Positions 11,931-21,904 are shown, numbered from the stretch's first letter. The stretch: DNA of 64,000 nt from an uncultured Bacteroidales bacterium (GCA_902799355.1 CADCAG010000002.1:25693-89692), one strand, 5' to 3'. Notes: generated by a model from the sequence alone, not told the origin. A program made the numbers and translations.

Positions 11931-14492
11931 TTATTTTACTACGAACTTCTTTCCGTCCTTGATATAAAGACCAGGCTTCAGACTGGCTGCACTAACGCGA
12001 CGGCCGTCAAGGGTATAGACATCACTGTTCGTTGCGATTCCATCGCGACGAACCGCGCCAACACTAGAGGCCAGCGCGCGGTGGCGCAGGGCTGAGCGCA
12101 CACCATACCAGGCAGGTTTCTTACCCATTCCTGAATCGTAAAGCAAGGGATTAGACCCCGAGCGCCAGCTGTCGTTATCCTTAATACCCCAGACAACCAT
12201 GCTGGGACAGTTGTCGTTCTTCAGCACGATATCAGTAATCATGCGATACATGCGAGCCTGCTCCTCCTTGTTGGTGGCAGTCGTCGAGGGAATACCCATG
12301 TCCAATTCAGTGATGATACACAACAAGCCAGCCTCAGCAAAGCGCTTGATGGTACGGTTCAGCTTCACACCATCGACCTCACCGACAGAGAAGTGACACT
12401 GCAGACCCACGCCATGAATGGGGATACCTTTCTCTTTCAGACTGACGGCCAGGTTATAGAATGCCAGCGACTTGGCCTTACCCTGCAACTCTACGCCATA
12501 GTCGTTGAGGTAGAGGATGGCATCAGGATCGGCACGGTGGGCATAGACAAAGGCTGAGTCGATATAATCATCACCGATGGCACGCTGCCACACGCTCTGC
12601 TGACGCAGGTCGTAGCTGTTGGGATTGCTACGTACAGTCGTCTGGTCGTCATCCAGACACTCATTGACGACATCCCATTCGCGTACCTTTCCTTTATAGT
12701 GTGTCATCACCTTGGTGATGTGGTTCTTCATGATCTCCAAGGCTTGCTCGCGCGTCCATTCCTTGTCGTTCTTCTTACCGTCAGACGACAACCAAGTGGG
12801 CACCTGTGAGTGCCATACCAGACAGTGACCGCGAATAGCCATATTGTTCTGCTGGGCAAGAGTTACCAGATTGTCAGCACTGCCAAAGCTGAAGCTGCCC
12901 TTGGAAGGTTGCAAGGTCTCCATCTTCATCTCGTTCTCACAGACCATCATGTTGAACTGTCTGGCAGCCTCACTTCTGTCACTGTCAAGACCCTTATAGG
13001 TACACAGTGCCACACCAACGCTCTTCTGGTTCTGGTCTGCATAGTATTTCAGCGTATTCTTGTCAGCAGCATCGTCAATGCCGTCATCATAGAAGGCACC
13101 CATGGTATAGATGGGGTCATCAGCATCATCATCCACGTCAGAATCGTCAGCAATCTCCATGTCAGCATAAGACTCCAGACGTACCACGAAGACGACATGG
13201 TCATTCTCCTGGCGTTCCTCGACGACCCATGTATATTTGTTGGCACGCACATCGAAGTGCCAGTCACCAGCAGCCTTGCTATTGACTGTCAGCACACGGA
13301 ACTCTGTACCGATAGCGATATCGGCGGTCTGCTCCAGTGCCATCTCAATAACGGGCATCTTGTCGCTAGTAGTGAAGTCTTCCTGGATATTGTTATAGCT
13401 CACACAGCCATCAACCAGCAGCCGGTCATAGCTATTGGCAGCTGCCACCTTGAAGCGCAGACGCGACGAGGGACGTACGGTGAGGTTGGCGTTTAAGTCT
13501 GCCGCATAGTTCTTCAGCGTCAGCACACCGATACCATCAGCACCTGATTCGATAGTGCCATAGTTGTCGACCGTACCTCCAATGCTACCAGTACCACCCA
13601 GCACACCGTTGCTGAAGACATAGGCAATGGCATCCGTGGCATTGGGTTTCGCACCCAAGGCACCACGCAACTGCTGGCTCTCAGCCTCCGCACGGTCGTT
13701 CATCACCAGTACCCTACCCTGCAGGATGCGCAGGCCACCACTCAGATAGTTGTCATTGCCTGTGATGGTGAGTACTCCAGTACCCTCCTTGACGATGCTC
13801 AGCATCGTTCCATTGTCATAGTCAGTAGGTTTGATGGTGCCAGCCAGTGTAGCATCTGTATTCAGGCCACCCAGCAGGTAATAGACAGAACGACACTTTT
13901 TGTAATAGCCCGACAGTGTGGAACCTGCCTCTGTATTCAGTTCACCGATGCGGAATCCTGCGCCACTGGTATTCGCTTCACAAGTCATTGTAGCTCCAGC
14001 GTGCAGCGTTACTCGGTTATTGGCCATCGAGGGATTCACCTTACCCGACTTTGCATCATCTAATGCATTTTCTGGTGTTGACGACTTGCCACCATGAGCC
14101 AATAATACTCCATAGGAGCCAGCCGACGAAGAATTCTCCGTAAAAGGATAGATATGGATGTTGCCAGTATAGCCAGTCCAAGTAGGCCATTTCTTATCAG
14201 AGTTACCCAGATAGCAGCGCTCACCACCGCCATAGAGGTTGAGGATGCCACTACCCGTGATAGTAGAACTGAAATAGCAGTAGCGTGCCATCTTCACGTT
14301 GACGATATCGCCCTCAGGAATAGAAATAGCGGTATTATACGTCTTATAACTCGACGACGTGTTATCACCACTGATGTCGATGGTACGTTCTTCGGCTGAT
14401 ACTGACTGCGAACTCATGGCCAGCAGGATGCTAGCCATGAGTAATGTTATTTTTAAAGAAATAAGTGATTGGTTACTTGTTCTGAATTTCAT
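11931..14492 (-). CDS. GH10 endo-1,4-beta-xylanase with N-terminal autotransporter-passenger-like beta-repeat region and C-terminal secretion tail
   Basis: CENEMK, RGHCLVWHSQ, WDVVNE, YLNDY, GVGLQCH, ITELD all intact; N-terminal IVKEGTGVLTITGNDNYLSGGLRILQG; acidic linker; tail VYTLDGRRV...GLYIKDGKKFVVK. Confidence 0.92.
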   Translation of the reverse strand: MKFRTSNQSLISLKITLLMASILLAMSSQSVSAEERTIDISGDNTSSSYKTYNTAISIPEGDIVNVKMARYCYFSSTITGSGILNLYGGGERCYLGNSDKKWPTWTGYTGNIHIYPFTENSSSAGSYGVLLAHGGKSSTPENALDDAKSGKVNPSMANNRVTLHAGATMTCEANTSGAGFRIGELNTEAGSTLSGYYKKCRSVYYLLGGLNTDATLAGTIKPTDYDNGTMLSIVKEGTGVLTITGNDNYLSGGLRILQGRVLVMNDRAEAESQQLRGALGAKPNATDAIAYVFSNGVLGGTGSIGGTVDNYGTIESGADGIGVLTLKNYAADLNANLTVRPSSRLRFKVAAANSYDRLLVDGCVSYNNIQEDFTTSDKMPVIEMALEQTADIAIGTEFRVLTVNSKAAGDWHFDVRANKYTWVVEERQENDHVVFVVRLESYADMEIADDSDVDDDADDPIYTMGAFYDDGIDDAADKNTLKYYADQNQKSVGVALCTYKGLDSDRSEAARQFNMMVCENEMKMETLQPSKGSFSFGSADNLVTLAQQNNMAIRGHCLVWHSQVPTWLSSDGKKNDKEWTREQALEIMKNHITKVMTHYKGKVREWDVVNECLDDDQTTVRSNPNSYDLRQQSVWQRAIGDDYIDSAFVYAHRADPDAILYLNDYGVELQGKAKSLAFYNLAVSLKEKGIPIHGVGLQCHFSVGEVDGVKLNRTIKRFAEAGLLCIITELDMGIPSTTATNKEEQARMYRMITDIVLKNDNCPSMVVWGIKDNDSWRSGSNPLLYDSGMGKKPAWYGVRSALRHRALASSVGAVRRDGIATNSDVYTLDGRRVSAASLKPGLYIKDGKKFVVK

Positions 14493-14513
14493 ATTAGTGT
14501 TATTGTTTTCCTA

Positions 14514-16457
14514 TTATTCGTTGCCTTGGAAACCGCCACCAAAGCCACCTCCACCGCCGAAGCCGCCGCCAAAGCCACCACCGAAGGCGGGCATCTGAGG
14601 AGCAGGCTCCTTACCGATGGATATCAGCAGTTTGAACAGTGCTCTGCGGCGCTGACTCCATGTAGGATAGTCGTCAGCACGCAGGGTACGCACCTTGAAT
14701 CCAGGCATCTGTGGCATACCTGAGTTCTGCATAAAGTCCAGGCTGCTGGTCGTAAGGATGCAGGGTTTGGTCTTGCCGTCAGCCAACAGTCGGTCGACGA
14801 TAGCGTCGGCACCTCCCACCTTAAACCAGCTCTCCATAGTATCTCCTTCGCCAGGTATCAGCTGTATCATGACGGGCATCATCATACCGCCCTGCTGGGG
14901 CATAGCCGACGTGTACCATGCCTCGTTGCGGTCCAACTCGTAGGCCACACGACCGTGAGCGATATCCTCCTGTGAGGCGAAGTTGAACGGAGAAGCGGGA
15001 TTGTCGCAGATGCTGTACTTGAAACCCTGGTCAGGTGAGAGGTACATATTGCTGGGGTCTGCCACGGGCGTACCATCCACCACAAAGCAGTACTTGAAGG
15101 TCTCAAAGAGATAGTCTGTCAGCGTGGTGCTCCACACACCGCTACTGTCGCGCTGCAGAGCGACATTCTCTGGCAGTATCTCACAGTCCAGCTCTACCTT
15201 CTGGGCATCGGGGGCCTTGAAGCGGAAAATGATGCCCTGCTCGGTATATTCTGGAGAGATGATGGGCTTGGGGAACAGACGCGCCATGACACCTGGGGTG
15301 AACTGCTGTTCCTGACCTGTCTTGGCAGGAGCGGGCTGTCCGTTCTTCATGGCGTTCTCTGCAGCCTTCTTGTTGAAGAGCAGCGGCAGGGTCTTGGACA
15401 GGAAGTACTTGGCATTCATCCACGTATGACCGAACTTATCGGTGGTAAACTCCTTGACGCTACGGATGCCCTTCTTGTCGAGAAACTCCATATAGTCACG
15501 GGCGTTGCCATAGAGGAAGTCGTCGGTACCCACACCCAGCCAGAACAGGCGGATCTTCTTATTGGTATCTTCTGCCTGGTCGTAGACGTTAGGGATGTCG
15601 GTAGAGGTGAACGAGCTGTATGAGCAGAGGTACGAGAACTTGTCGAGGTTCGTCAGACCATTGAACAGTGCCTGGTTGCCGCCACGTGAGAAACCGCCGA
15701 TGGCGCGGCTGTCTCTATCAGCCTTCGTACGGTAGTTCTGCTCGATATAGGGCATCAGGTCGTTAATCAGGTCCTGGCTGAAGGGGTCGCCACCAAAACG
15801 TGTCTGAGGAGCAGCAGACGAATCTGGCTTCTTCAGCTTCATGGGGTTGCCGTAGGGCATTACCACAATCATCTCTTTGGCCTGACCGGCAGCCAGCAGG
15901 TTGTCCAGGATATAGTTCACACGACCTACCTTGTAGTACACCTCCTCCGTATCGGTGGTACCACTGATGAGGTAGAACACGGGGTAGCGCTTCTGGAAGT
16001 CCATCATATACCCGGGTGGCAGATAAACCACAGCATGATTGGTGGCGCCAATGGCTTTCGAGTAGTAGTTGACATACTCTACCCTACCATGCGACACGTT
16101 GGCAATATCGTGGGGCAGTGCAACGTTCTTGTCGCGAGAGGGAATCTCCAACAAGCTGTTCTTGAAGCCTTCGTTGGGGAAGTACTGCGGATTCTCTGGA
16201 TCCATCACGCTGATGCCGTCAACGATGTAGCAGTAGGGGTACATGTCAGGAGCAGCAGGTCCGAGGGTCACTGTCCACAGGCCGTCGGCACCACGCGTCA
16301 TGTCCTTACGTCCAGCAAACTGCACGTCGACCTGCACGTTCTTGGCATTCTCATTCTTGTACTGAAAGGTGACAGTCCCGTCAGCATTACAGCGGGGCTG
16401 TGCTACCATGGCCGTGGGTAACAAGGCCAAAAGGGATAACAAGGTACGTCTTTTCAT
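14514..16457 (-). CDS. CBM48-CE1 esterase (acetyl xylan/feruloyl esterase) with second CBM48 and degenerate C-terminal domain
   Basis: DGTVTFQY...GLWTVT...YCYIVDG (CBM48); YPVFYLISG, RAIGGFSRGG, GTDD, GHTW; second CBM48 IIFRFKAPDA...GVWS...YCFVVDG. Confidence 0.88.
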   Translation of the reverse strand: MKRRTLLSLLALLPTAMVAQPRCNADGTVTFQYKNENAKNVQVDVQFAGRKDMTRGADGLWTVTLGPAAPDMYPYCYIVDGISVMDPENPQYFPNEGFKNSLLEIPSRDKNVALPHDIANVSHGRVEYVNYYSKAIGATNHAVVYLPPGYMMDFQKRYPVFYLISGTTDTEEVYYKVGRVNYILDNLLAAGQAKEMIVVMPYGNPMKLKKPDSSAAPQTRFGGDPFSQDLINDLMPYIEQNYRTKADRDSRAIGGFSRGGNQALFNGLTNLDKFSYLCSYSSFTSTDIPNVYDQAEDTNKKIRLFWLGVGTDDFLYGNARDYMEFLDKKGIRSVKEFTTDKFGHTWMNAKYFLSKTLPLLFNKKAAENAMKNGQPAPAKTGQEQQFTPGVMARLFPKPIISPEYTEQGIIFRFKAPDAQKVELDCEILPENVALQRDSSGVWSTTLTDYLFETFKYCFVVDGTPVADPSNMYLSPDQGFKYSICDNPASPFNFASQEDIAHGRVAYELDRNEAWYTSAMPQQGGMMMPVMIQLIPGEGDTMESWFKVGGADAIVDRLLADGKTKPCILTTSSLDFMQNSGMPQMPGFKVRTLRADDYPTWSQRRRALFKLLISIGKEPAPQMPAFGGGFGGGFGGGGGFGGGFQGNE

Positions 16458-16489
16458 AGTTCTTATCGTTGTGTGTGTTTATTGGATTG

Positions 16490-18034
16490 TTATTTCTCTT
16501 CATCGACCAGGAACTCACCCATATCAGAGGCCTCAGCATCCTTGTCGTCCAGCTTGAAGCGCATGAAGTGGGGTTTCTCTGTGGTACAGGGTTCCCAACC
16601 CAGTTTTCCGTTTTCGTTTTGGTTTTCGTTACCATTGGGGTCGCTGTACTTGGCAAAGTTGGTCCATGCCGTCAGCATCTTCTCTGACAGGTCCCAGTCG
16701 CCCTGTGCCCAAGGACGCCAGCAGTGCTTCAGCGACTTGAAGACAAACCACAGGTCACTGCTGTGGAAGGCACCCTTCAGGCGACTGGTGATGGCGGGAT
16801 GTTTGCCGTCATCTGGCAACTTACGAGCAAACTCATAAGCCCACGCCTTGGCGCCCTGGCTCTGGCGCACCTTACAGAACTCGGCAATGCCAGGCCCCAT
16901 GGAACCCATATCGTTCAGCGTATAGCCAATCATATAGGGCACATCGGCAATGGTTCCCTCACGAGTGGCAGCATCGAAGTTCTTCAGCGACACATAACCG
17001 TCGACGATAGGACGCTGCATGACAAACACGTCAGTCTTGTTGACCATGTTATACAGCTGCGGGATGGTATAGAGTATCTCCGTAGAGGCAGCACGCAGTG
17101 CCTTCAGGTCGGTCAGTCCTGCCCAGTCCATAACCTTCTTGGTCTCAGCCTCACTCTCAGCGAGCGTGGGGTTGTAGGTAAAGAACTTATTCACGGGAGT
17201 AGCGGGCTTGGCCTCCTCGCCGTCCTTGGCAGGAACATTGATGCCACCGCCACTCATGATAACTGCCTTGTGGAACAGGCCACGGGCCAGCGGACTCTCA
17301 CAGAGCGTACGTACACTGCCGGCACCAGCACTCTGTCCGAAGATGGTCACGTTGTTGGGGTCGCCACCAAACTGGGCAATGTTCTCCTTCACCCACTTCA
17401 GAGACTGTATCTGGTCGAGGATGCCGTAGTTGCCACTGACGTGGTGAGGACTCTCTGCCGACAGCTCAGGATAAGTCATAAAGCCAAAGATGCCCAAACG
17501 GTAGTTGATGGTGACGAGGACGACATCCTTCGCTGCCCATTCCACACCGTCGAACTCTGGTTCTGATCCCCAGCCTTCACGATAGCCGCCGCCGTGTATC
17601 CACAGGGCTACGGGCAGTTTCTTCTCCGTCTGACCAGGAGCCTTGGTCCACACATTCAAGTACAAGCAGTCCTCGCTATAGGGAGCCTCATCGCCATAGC
17701 CCCATTCAGAGGTATAGAAGCCAGGATAGTGTACAGACTGATAGCCCGGATGACCGAACTTGTCGCACACCTTGACGCTGTCCCACGCCTCTACAGGCTG
17801 CGGCTCACGCCAACGCAGGTCGCCAATAGGCGCCGCAGCATAAGGAATACCCTTAAACACGTAAACACTGGTGTTCCCTGACCGCCAGTCAGAGCATGGC
17901 GTTGCGGACTCTACCCGTACGCCTTGAATCTGACCGCCTTCAACGGTCAGCACAGGGCTCAGCGCTTCGTCATCATCGCAAGCGCACCCCACCAACAATG
18001 CCATCAACGGCATCAACAGAAGCAGTTTTTTCAT
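16490..18034 (-). CDS. Type-B carboxylesterase (COesterase family), lipoprotein
   Basis: FKGIPYAAAPIGDLRW, SEDCLYLNVW, WIHGGG, FGGDPNNVTIFGQSAG, GAFHSSDL; start moved to MKKLLLL...LLVGC. Confidence 0.92.
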   Translation of the reverse strand: MKKLLLLMPLMALLVGCACDDDEALSPVLTVEGGQIQGVRVESATPCSDWRSGNTSVYVFKGIPYAAAPIGDLRWREPQPVEAWDSVKVCDKFGHPGYQSVHYPGFYTSEWGYGDEAPYSEDCLYLNVWTKAPGQTEKKLPVALWIHGGGYREGWGSEPEFDGVEWAAKDVVLVTINYRLGIFGFMTYPELSAESPHHVSGNYGILDQIQSLKWVKENIAQFGGDPNNVTIFGQSAGAGSVRTLCESPLARGLFHKAVIMSGGGINVPAKDGEEAKPATPVNKFFTYNPTLAESEAETKKVMDWAGLTDLKALRAASTEILYTIPQLYNMVNKTDVFVMQRPIVDGYVSLKNFDAATREGTIADVPYMIGYTLNDMGSMGPGIAEFCKVRQSQGAKAWAYEFARKLPDDGKHPAITSRLKGAFHSSDLWFVFKSLKHCWRPWAQGDWDLSEKMLTAWTNFAKYSDPNGNENQNENGKLGWEPCTTEKPHFMRFKLDDKDAEASDMGEFLVDEEK

Positions 18035-18076
18035 CTCACTCAAATTCTATTGGTTAGTTAGTATGGTTATCAAGCG

Positions 18077-18142
18077 CAAAGGTACAAAAAATCCGCGACA
18101 CTGACCTTACGTCATGTGTCGCGGACTTTGCTATATGTAACA
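18077..18142 (-). promoter_or_regulatory. Bacteroidota sigma-A promoter (-7 TAnnTTTG) plus conserved operator, for the operon from the carboxylesterase to GH27
   Basis: Minus-strand TACCTTTG at 18084-18077; plus-strand CTTT-N6-TGTAACA at 18126-18142. Confidence 0.75.
18085..18125 (-). terminator. Intrinsic terminator of the ATPase gene
   Basis: Stem ccgcgacac...gtgtcgcgg preceded on + by aaaaaa (a U-tract on the minus strand). Confidence 0.75.
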
Positions 18143-18158
18143 AATGTTACATTCTTGG

Positions 18159-19298
18159 CTATAACCTTTTCAGCCAAAGTTCAAAAAAGTGGTCATATAT
18201 ACGATAGCCAGAAGGAGTTCGACATACTACATCTTTATCTATCAAATAGTCCATAGCAGTCTTTATGCTACTATTGCTAGGCAAATCGTAACGCCTTGCG
18301 AAGTCATTGCTCTGCGGACTCACAACAAGCCCTTCATTTGCAACAGCCCTGGCAACAGATAGTTGATTGTCAGTAAAGAAACCTATAAGTTCTTCATACT
18401 GGACAGAGCTTCTGTTCACTATATACCGAACGGCTTCATTGACCTGCTCTAAGTTTACGACATTCTTCTCCGTTTCATATAGTCTATTAAGCATTAACTG
18501 AATATTCCTAGTAACTCCATCAAACCGATGGTAAATATCATGGAACACTTCACTAGAGAGGGTGCCTTTCTTGCCTTCAAAAAAACGTTTGGCAAAATCG
18601 TAGTAAATCTCTTCGTGAAGAGGTTCAAGGCCCATTGATACTGTACTCTGATAAAAAGGTCTGTCTGGAGAATAGAATATCTGCGACATCAGGTGGCGCT
18701 TACTACCAGCAAAGACAAAATGTACGTTGGGGACAAACTGGATATACGAGCGCAACAAAGCCTCAGTGCCCGTTTCTGGATAATATGCTATCTGCTGGAA
18801 CTCATCAATAGCAACATACACCTCTCGACTACTCTGTTTGAGATAGTCGAACACGTTTTTCAGTGAAACAGCAGTCTGAGTATGTTCTATACTGACTGAC
18901 ACAGTAGGCTGGCCAGTAATAGGATCAGTACTAAACACAGGACGCCACGAACCAAAGAACTCCAAAAGGCGTTTCATGGCCTGTTTTTCCTTTGACATGA
19001 CCTCTTGAGCTATAGCAGAAGTAAGAAGCTCCACAAAATCATGTTGGTTTTTTGTCGCAAAAATATCTATATATATACATCTTGCATCTTTATCAGTCTG
19101 CATTATGTGGTGAAAAGCATTCTTTATCAGCCCAGTCTTACCTATTCTACGGGGAGAAATGAGCACAGTATTCCTTCCATTTTGCAGATTTGATATCAAT
19201 TCTTCCGTTTCTTCCGTACGGTCACAGAAATAAGTAGGACTCACATATCCCTGATAAACAAAAGGATTTCTTAAACTAATTGTCTTTTCTTTGGCCAT
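18159..19298 (-). CDS. AAA+ ATPase (archaeal ATPase/ATPase_2-like) with probable C-terminal winged helix
   Basis: NPF...YFCDRTEETEEL, Walker A SPRRIGKT, Walker B YVAIDEFQ, FAGSKRH, C-terminal YRIYDHFFELWL. Confidence 0.9.
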   Translation of the reverse strand: MAKEKTISLRNPFVYQGYVSPTYFCDRTEETEELISNLQNGRNTVLISPRRIGKTGLIKNAFHHIMQTDKDARCIYIDIFATKNQHDFVELLTSAIAQEVMSKEKQAMKRLLEFFGSWRPVFSTDPITGQPTVSVSIEHTQTAVSLKNVFDYLKQSSREVYVAIDEFQQIAYYPETGTEALLRSYIQFVPNVHFVFAGSKRHLMSQIFYSPDRPFYQSTVSMGLEPLHEEIYYDFAKRFFEGKKGTLSSEVFHDIYHRFDGVTRNIQLMLNRLYETEKNVVNLEQVNEAVRYIVNRSSVQYEELIGFFTDNQLSVARAVANEGLVVSPQSNDFARRYDLPSNSSIKTAMDYLIDKDVVCRTPSGYRIYDHFFELWLKRL

Positions 19299-19322
19299 AA
19301 TATCTCTGATATTTATAACGTA

Positions 19323-19368
19323 AATTCCGTTACGGATTTTCCGTTACGGAGATTCCGTTGCAAAGATA
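19323..19368 (-). promoter_or_regulatory. ATPase promoter with tandem operator-like repeats
   Basis: Minus-strand TATCTTTG at 19368-19361; immediately downstream, ttccgttacgga x2 plus a partial third copy. Confidence 0.65.
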
Positions 19369-19410
19369 CGTACTTTTTACGAAAGTTCCAAACTTTCAGC
19401 CAGATATTTT

Positions 19411-19458
19411 GCAAAACGAAATCCGCGAGGCACACCATCAAAGGAGGCCCCGCGGATA
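19411..19458 (-). terminator. Terminator after small peptide 1
   Basis: Hairpin atccgcgaggc...gccccgcggat with an A-rich left flank. Confidence 0.65.
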
Positions 19459-19480
19459 CTATTACAAATAAAATTGTTTG

Positions 19481-19669
19481 TTACTCTCCAAACAAGTCGA
19501 GATCATCATCGTCAGTGAGATCAAAGTCAAATTCAGGACTTTCAGCCTCAGTAATACCTACAACATCAGTATCGTCACCCAAGCTCAAGCCGGAAGTACA
19601 GATAATACCACGTGTTGCAATAGTTACCACGTCGAGTTGTGGCACAAAATATTTCTTTTTCATATACAT
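19481..19669 (-). CDS. Small acidic MKKxYxxP peptide 1 (60-62 aa)
   Basis: (MY)MKKKYFVPQLDVVTIATRGIICTSG...ESPEFDFDLTDDDDLDLFGE; strong AAAGGAGG RBS 5' of it; 11 nt after the upstream stop. Confidence 0.8.
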   Translation of the reverse strand: MYMKKKYFVPQLDVVTIATRGIICTSGLSLGDDTDVVGITEAESPEFDFDLTDDDDLDLFGE

Positions 19670-19680
19670 TCCTCCTTTAC

Positions 19681-21699
19681 TTATTTGATGATTACTTTCT
19701 TACCGTTCACAATATACATACCCTTAGTAGGTTGAGCTACACGCTGACCAGCGAGGTTAAAGAACTTGCTTTTAGCATTAAGTTCGTTGTTTGCTACTGA
19801 TGTGATGCCAGTTGTCTCGTCGAAGAAAAGTTCGATATCGCCTTGACGGGCACTAACTGTAATTGTGCTCATATCTACATAGGCCTTTTTTGCACCGACA
19901 TTAACAGATGATGTCACTTTGTGCAGTTTGTTGTTGCTCAACACATAGCTATTTAGTGGAGCCGTTGTAGCCGAGAATGTACCAATCAGACCATTGTTCG
20001 TACCAGCAGATGCAGCATTGTAAGTATCCAAATCTGCCTGGAAGAAGTTAACATTGCGAACTGCACCGGCATTATTCTGTCCAACTTGGTCAGAAGACAC
20101 ATAGAAATATGGTTTACCAGCCTCAAGCAGACCTGTCACCTTTGCCAACGTAACGCCACTTGCTGTTTTGCCAGCAATCTCATAAATCTCTGCTCCAGCA
20201 CAAGAAGCCTTATAAGGAAGGCAGATTGTACCAAACTTGTCAATAGCAGCGTTTTCACGAACATCATCACCAGCACAATAGCCACCATTTATCTTCGTGT
20301 TATTGTAATCTGTCAAATAAACATTGGCAACTTTAACAGTTCCATTAATCTTTAATGACTTAATCTGGCTTATATCCATGCTTTTATCCTTGCGCAGATA
20401 ATCCATACTGATGCGGATAGCATTTTGGTTATTCCAACGATCAAGCCACATATTCTTTCCTGTTCCAGCTGTACTTCCACTGTAATCTTCGCCTTTGACT
20501 GTTACGCCATCATTATCTTTAATGGTAATCTCATGAGAAGCATCAGCAGCAGTATTAGATGTAGTAATCATAAGGTAGTCCCAATCTGTCAAATCTACAG
20601 GAGTATCAAATGTCCAAGTTCCATTTGTCATCTCACCCGTTTCCGCATTATATCCATCTGCATTCGCAAGTGCAAAAATTACATCATTAGAGGCATTGTT
20701 CTCTTTTTCGAGATCTGTACTAGAAACATAATTAATACTTTGGTAGAACTTCAAATAAGTTACATCATCAGAAGATCCAGCCAAAGTTGCATATTTATTG
20801 ATGCCTGCATTCTTTAGAGTGAAACCATTACCTGCAGAATATGCGACTTTCCAAATTCCATAGTAGTCATTATCCCATCCATATGTATGCGCATCTGATC
20901 CAGTTTTTTCCCTTGCAGTTGCTGCAAAAAGATGACCATACTGGGAATAATTCAGATAAGGGCCAAAATTCCAGCCTACAACAGCTGCTTCGTCAGAGGA
21001 ATTTACAATAAGTATCCTATAGTTATCATTCTCAACCTCAGAATCACCATCAGTGTCTAATCCATCTACTTTCTCCAGTTTATAATAATAATAGCTGTCA
21101 CTTGGAACATTTGTCACCAAAGAATTTTTACCATCAACACTAGCCGTCGTCCAATACATTGCATTAGTTCCATTACCAATGGCGAATCTAGTTCCATCAG
21201 CAATATAAGAAATATCCGTAATTTCTGTACCGAATGAAGCAACAGATACAGTCTTGACAGGGTTATACAAATAGCAATCTGTTATAACTGCACTACCATC
21301 AGACGATCCCGTTCCCCACAAAGTAATTTCTGTCACATCGGAGAAATTGATTACGCTAGAATAATCTGCAAAAATGATATTGTTAACACCTGTTGTAAGG
21401 TTGATTAATTGGTCGCTCTTACCTGTGCTGACAACTTTCATTTGGATATAATCGTTATCTCCAGTAATGCTAGTTATATCAACGCGAATCTTGGTATATT
21501 TGCTATCAAGGTCACCAGTTTCAAGACCTGTCCTCAACACTTTATACCCATCAGAACCGTTCCAAGACATGGTATTTGTTCCACTATCCCAAGTCGCAAC
21601 CCAACCAGAAGGAGACCAATTTGTTTTAGTTGCTTTTGCCACTCCCACTACTCCAAATAAGAGTGCGAGCACACATACGAAAGTAGATAATCTTTTCAT
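19681..21699 (-). CDS. Secreted multidomain non-catalytic protein with Prevotella-type C-terminal secretion tail
   Basis: Signal peptide; beta-rich domains; pre-tail domain FGTICLPY...LEAGKPY...NGLIGTF...KKAYV; tail FFNLAGQRVAQPTKGMYIVNGKKVIIK. Confidence 0.85.
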   Translation of the reverse strand: MKRLSTFVCVLALLFGVVGVAKATKTNWSPSGWVATWDSGTNTMSWNGSDGYKVLRTGLETGDLDSKYTKIRVDITSITGDNDYIQMKVVSTGKSDQLINLTTGVNNIIFADYSSVINFSDVTEITLWGTGSSDGSAVITDCYLYNPVKTVSVASFGTEITDISYIADGTRFAIGNGTNAMYWTTASVDGKNSLVTNVPSDSYYYYKLEKVDGLDTDGDSEVENDNYRILIVNSSDEAAVVGWNFGPYLNYSQYGHLFAATAREKTGSDAHTYGWDNDYYGIWKVAYSAGNGFTLKNAGINKYATLAGSSDDVTYLKFYQSINYVSSTDLEKENNASNDVIFALANADGYNAETGEMTNGTWTFDTPVDLTDWDYLMITTSNTAADASHEITIKDNDGVTVKGEDYSGSTAGTGKNMWLDRWNNQNAIRISMDYLRKDKSMDISQIKSLKINGTVKVANVYLTDYNNTKINGGYCAGDDVRENAAIDKFGTICLPYKASCAGAEIYEIAGKTASGVTLAKVTGLLEAGKPYFYVSSDQVGQNNAGAVRNVNFFQADLDTYNAASAGTNNGLIGTFSATTAPLNSYVLSNNKLHKVTSSVNVGAKKAYVDMSTITVSARQGDIELFFDETTGITSVANNELNAKSKFFNLAGQRVAQPTKGMYIVNGKKVIIK

Positions 21700-21781
21700 A
21701 AAGTTTTAATTAGTTAGTTATTAATAGATAAAGATATAAATTGTCTGTGATTTAGATTAGCATCGAATGCTGTAGCGGTTG

Positions 21782-21789
21782 CAAAGATA
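21782..21789 (-). promoter_or_regulatory. -7 promoter box for cassette 1
   Basis: Minus-strand TATCTTTG(CA), ~80 nt upstream of the start codon. Confidence 0.6.
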
Positions 21790-21842
21790 ATAATAAGTGT
21801 GTAAAGTACAAAACAAAAATACAATTATTTTCACTGGCAAGC

Positions 21843-21880
21843 AAAAAAAAGCGAGGCAACCCGTAAAGGCGCCTCGCGGA
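21843..21880 (-). terminator. Terminator after small peptide 2
   Basis: aaaaaaaa-gcgaggc...gcctcgc; a U8 tract on the minus strand. Confidence 0.8.
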
Positions 21881-21904
21881 GTAATATTAATATTAGTACG
21901 TTTT

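Noticed and set aside
17884-17914. Possible GTAG-type REP in frame in the carboxylesterase (VESATPCSDW), and a similar loop in GH95 (~44585-44630)
   Set aside because: Palindromes too degenerate to support without a genome-wide search.
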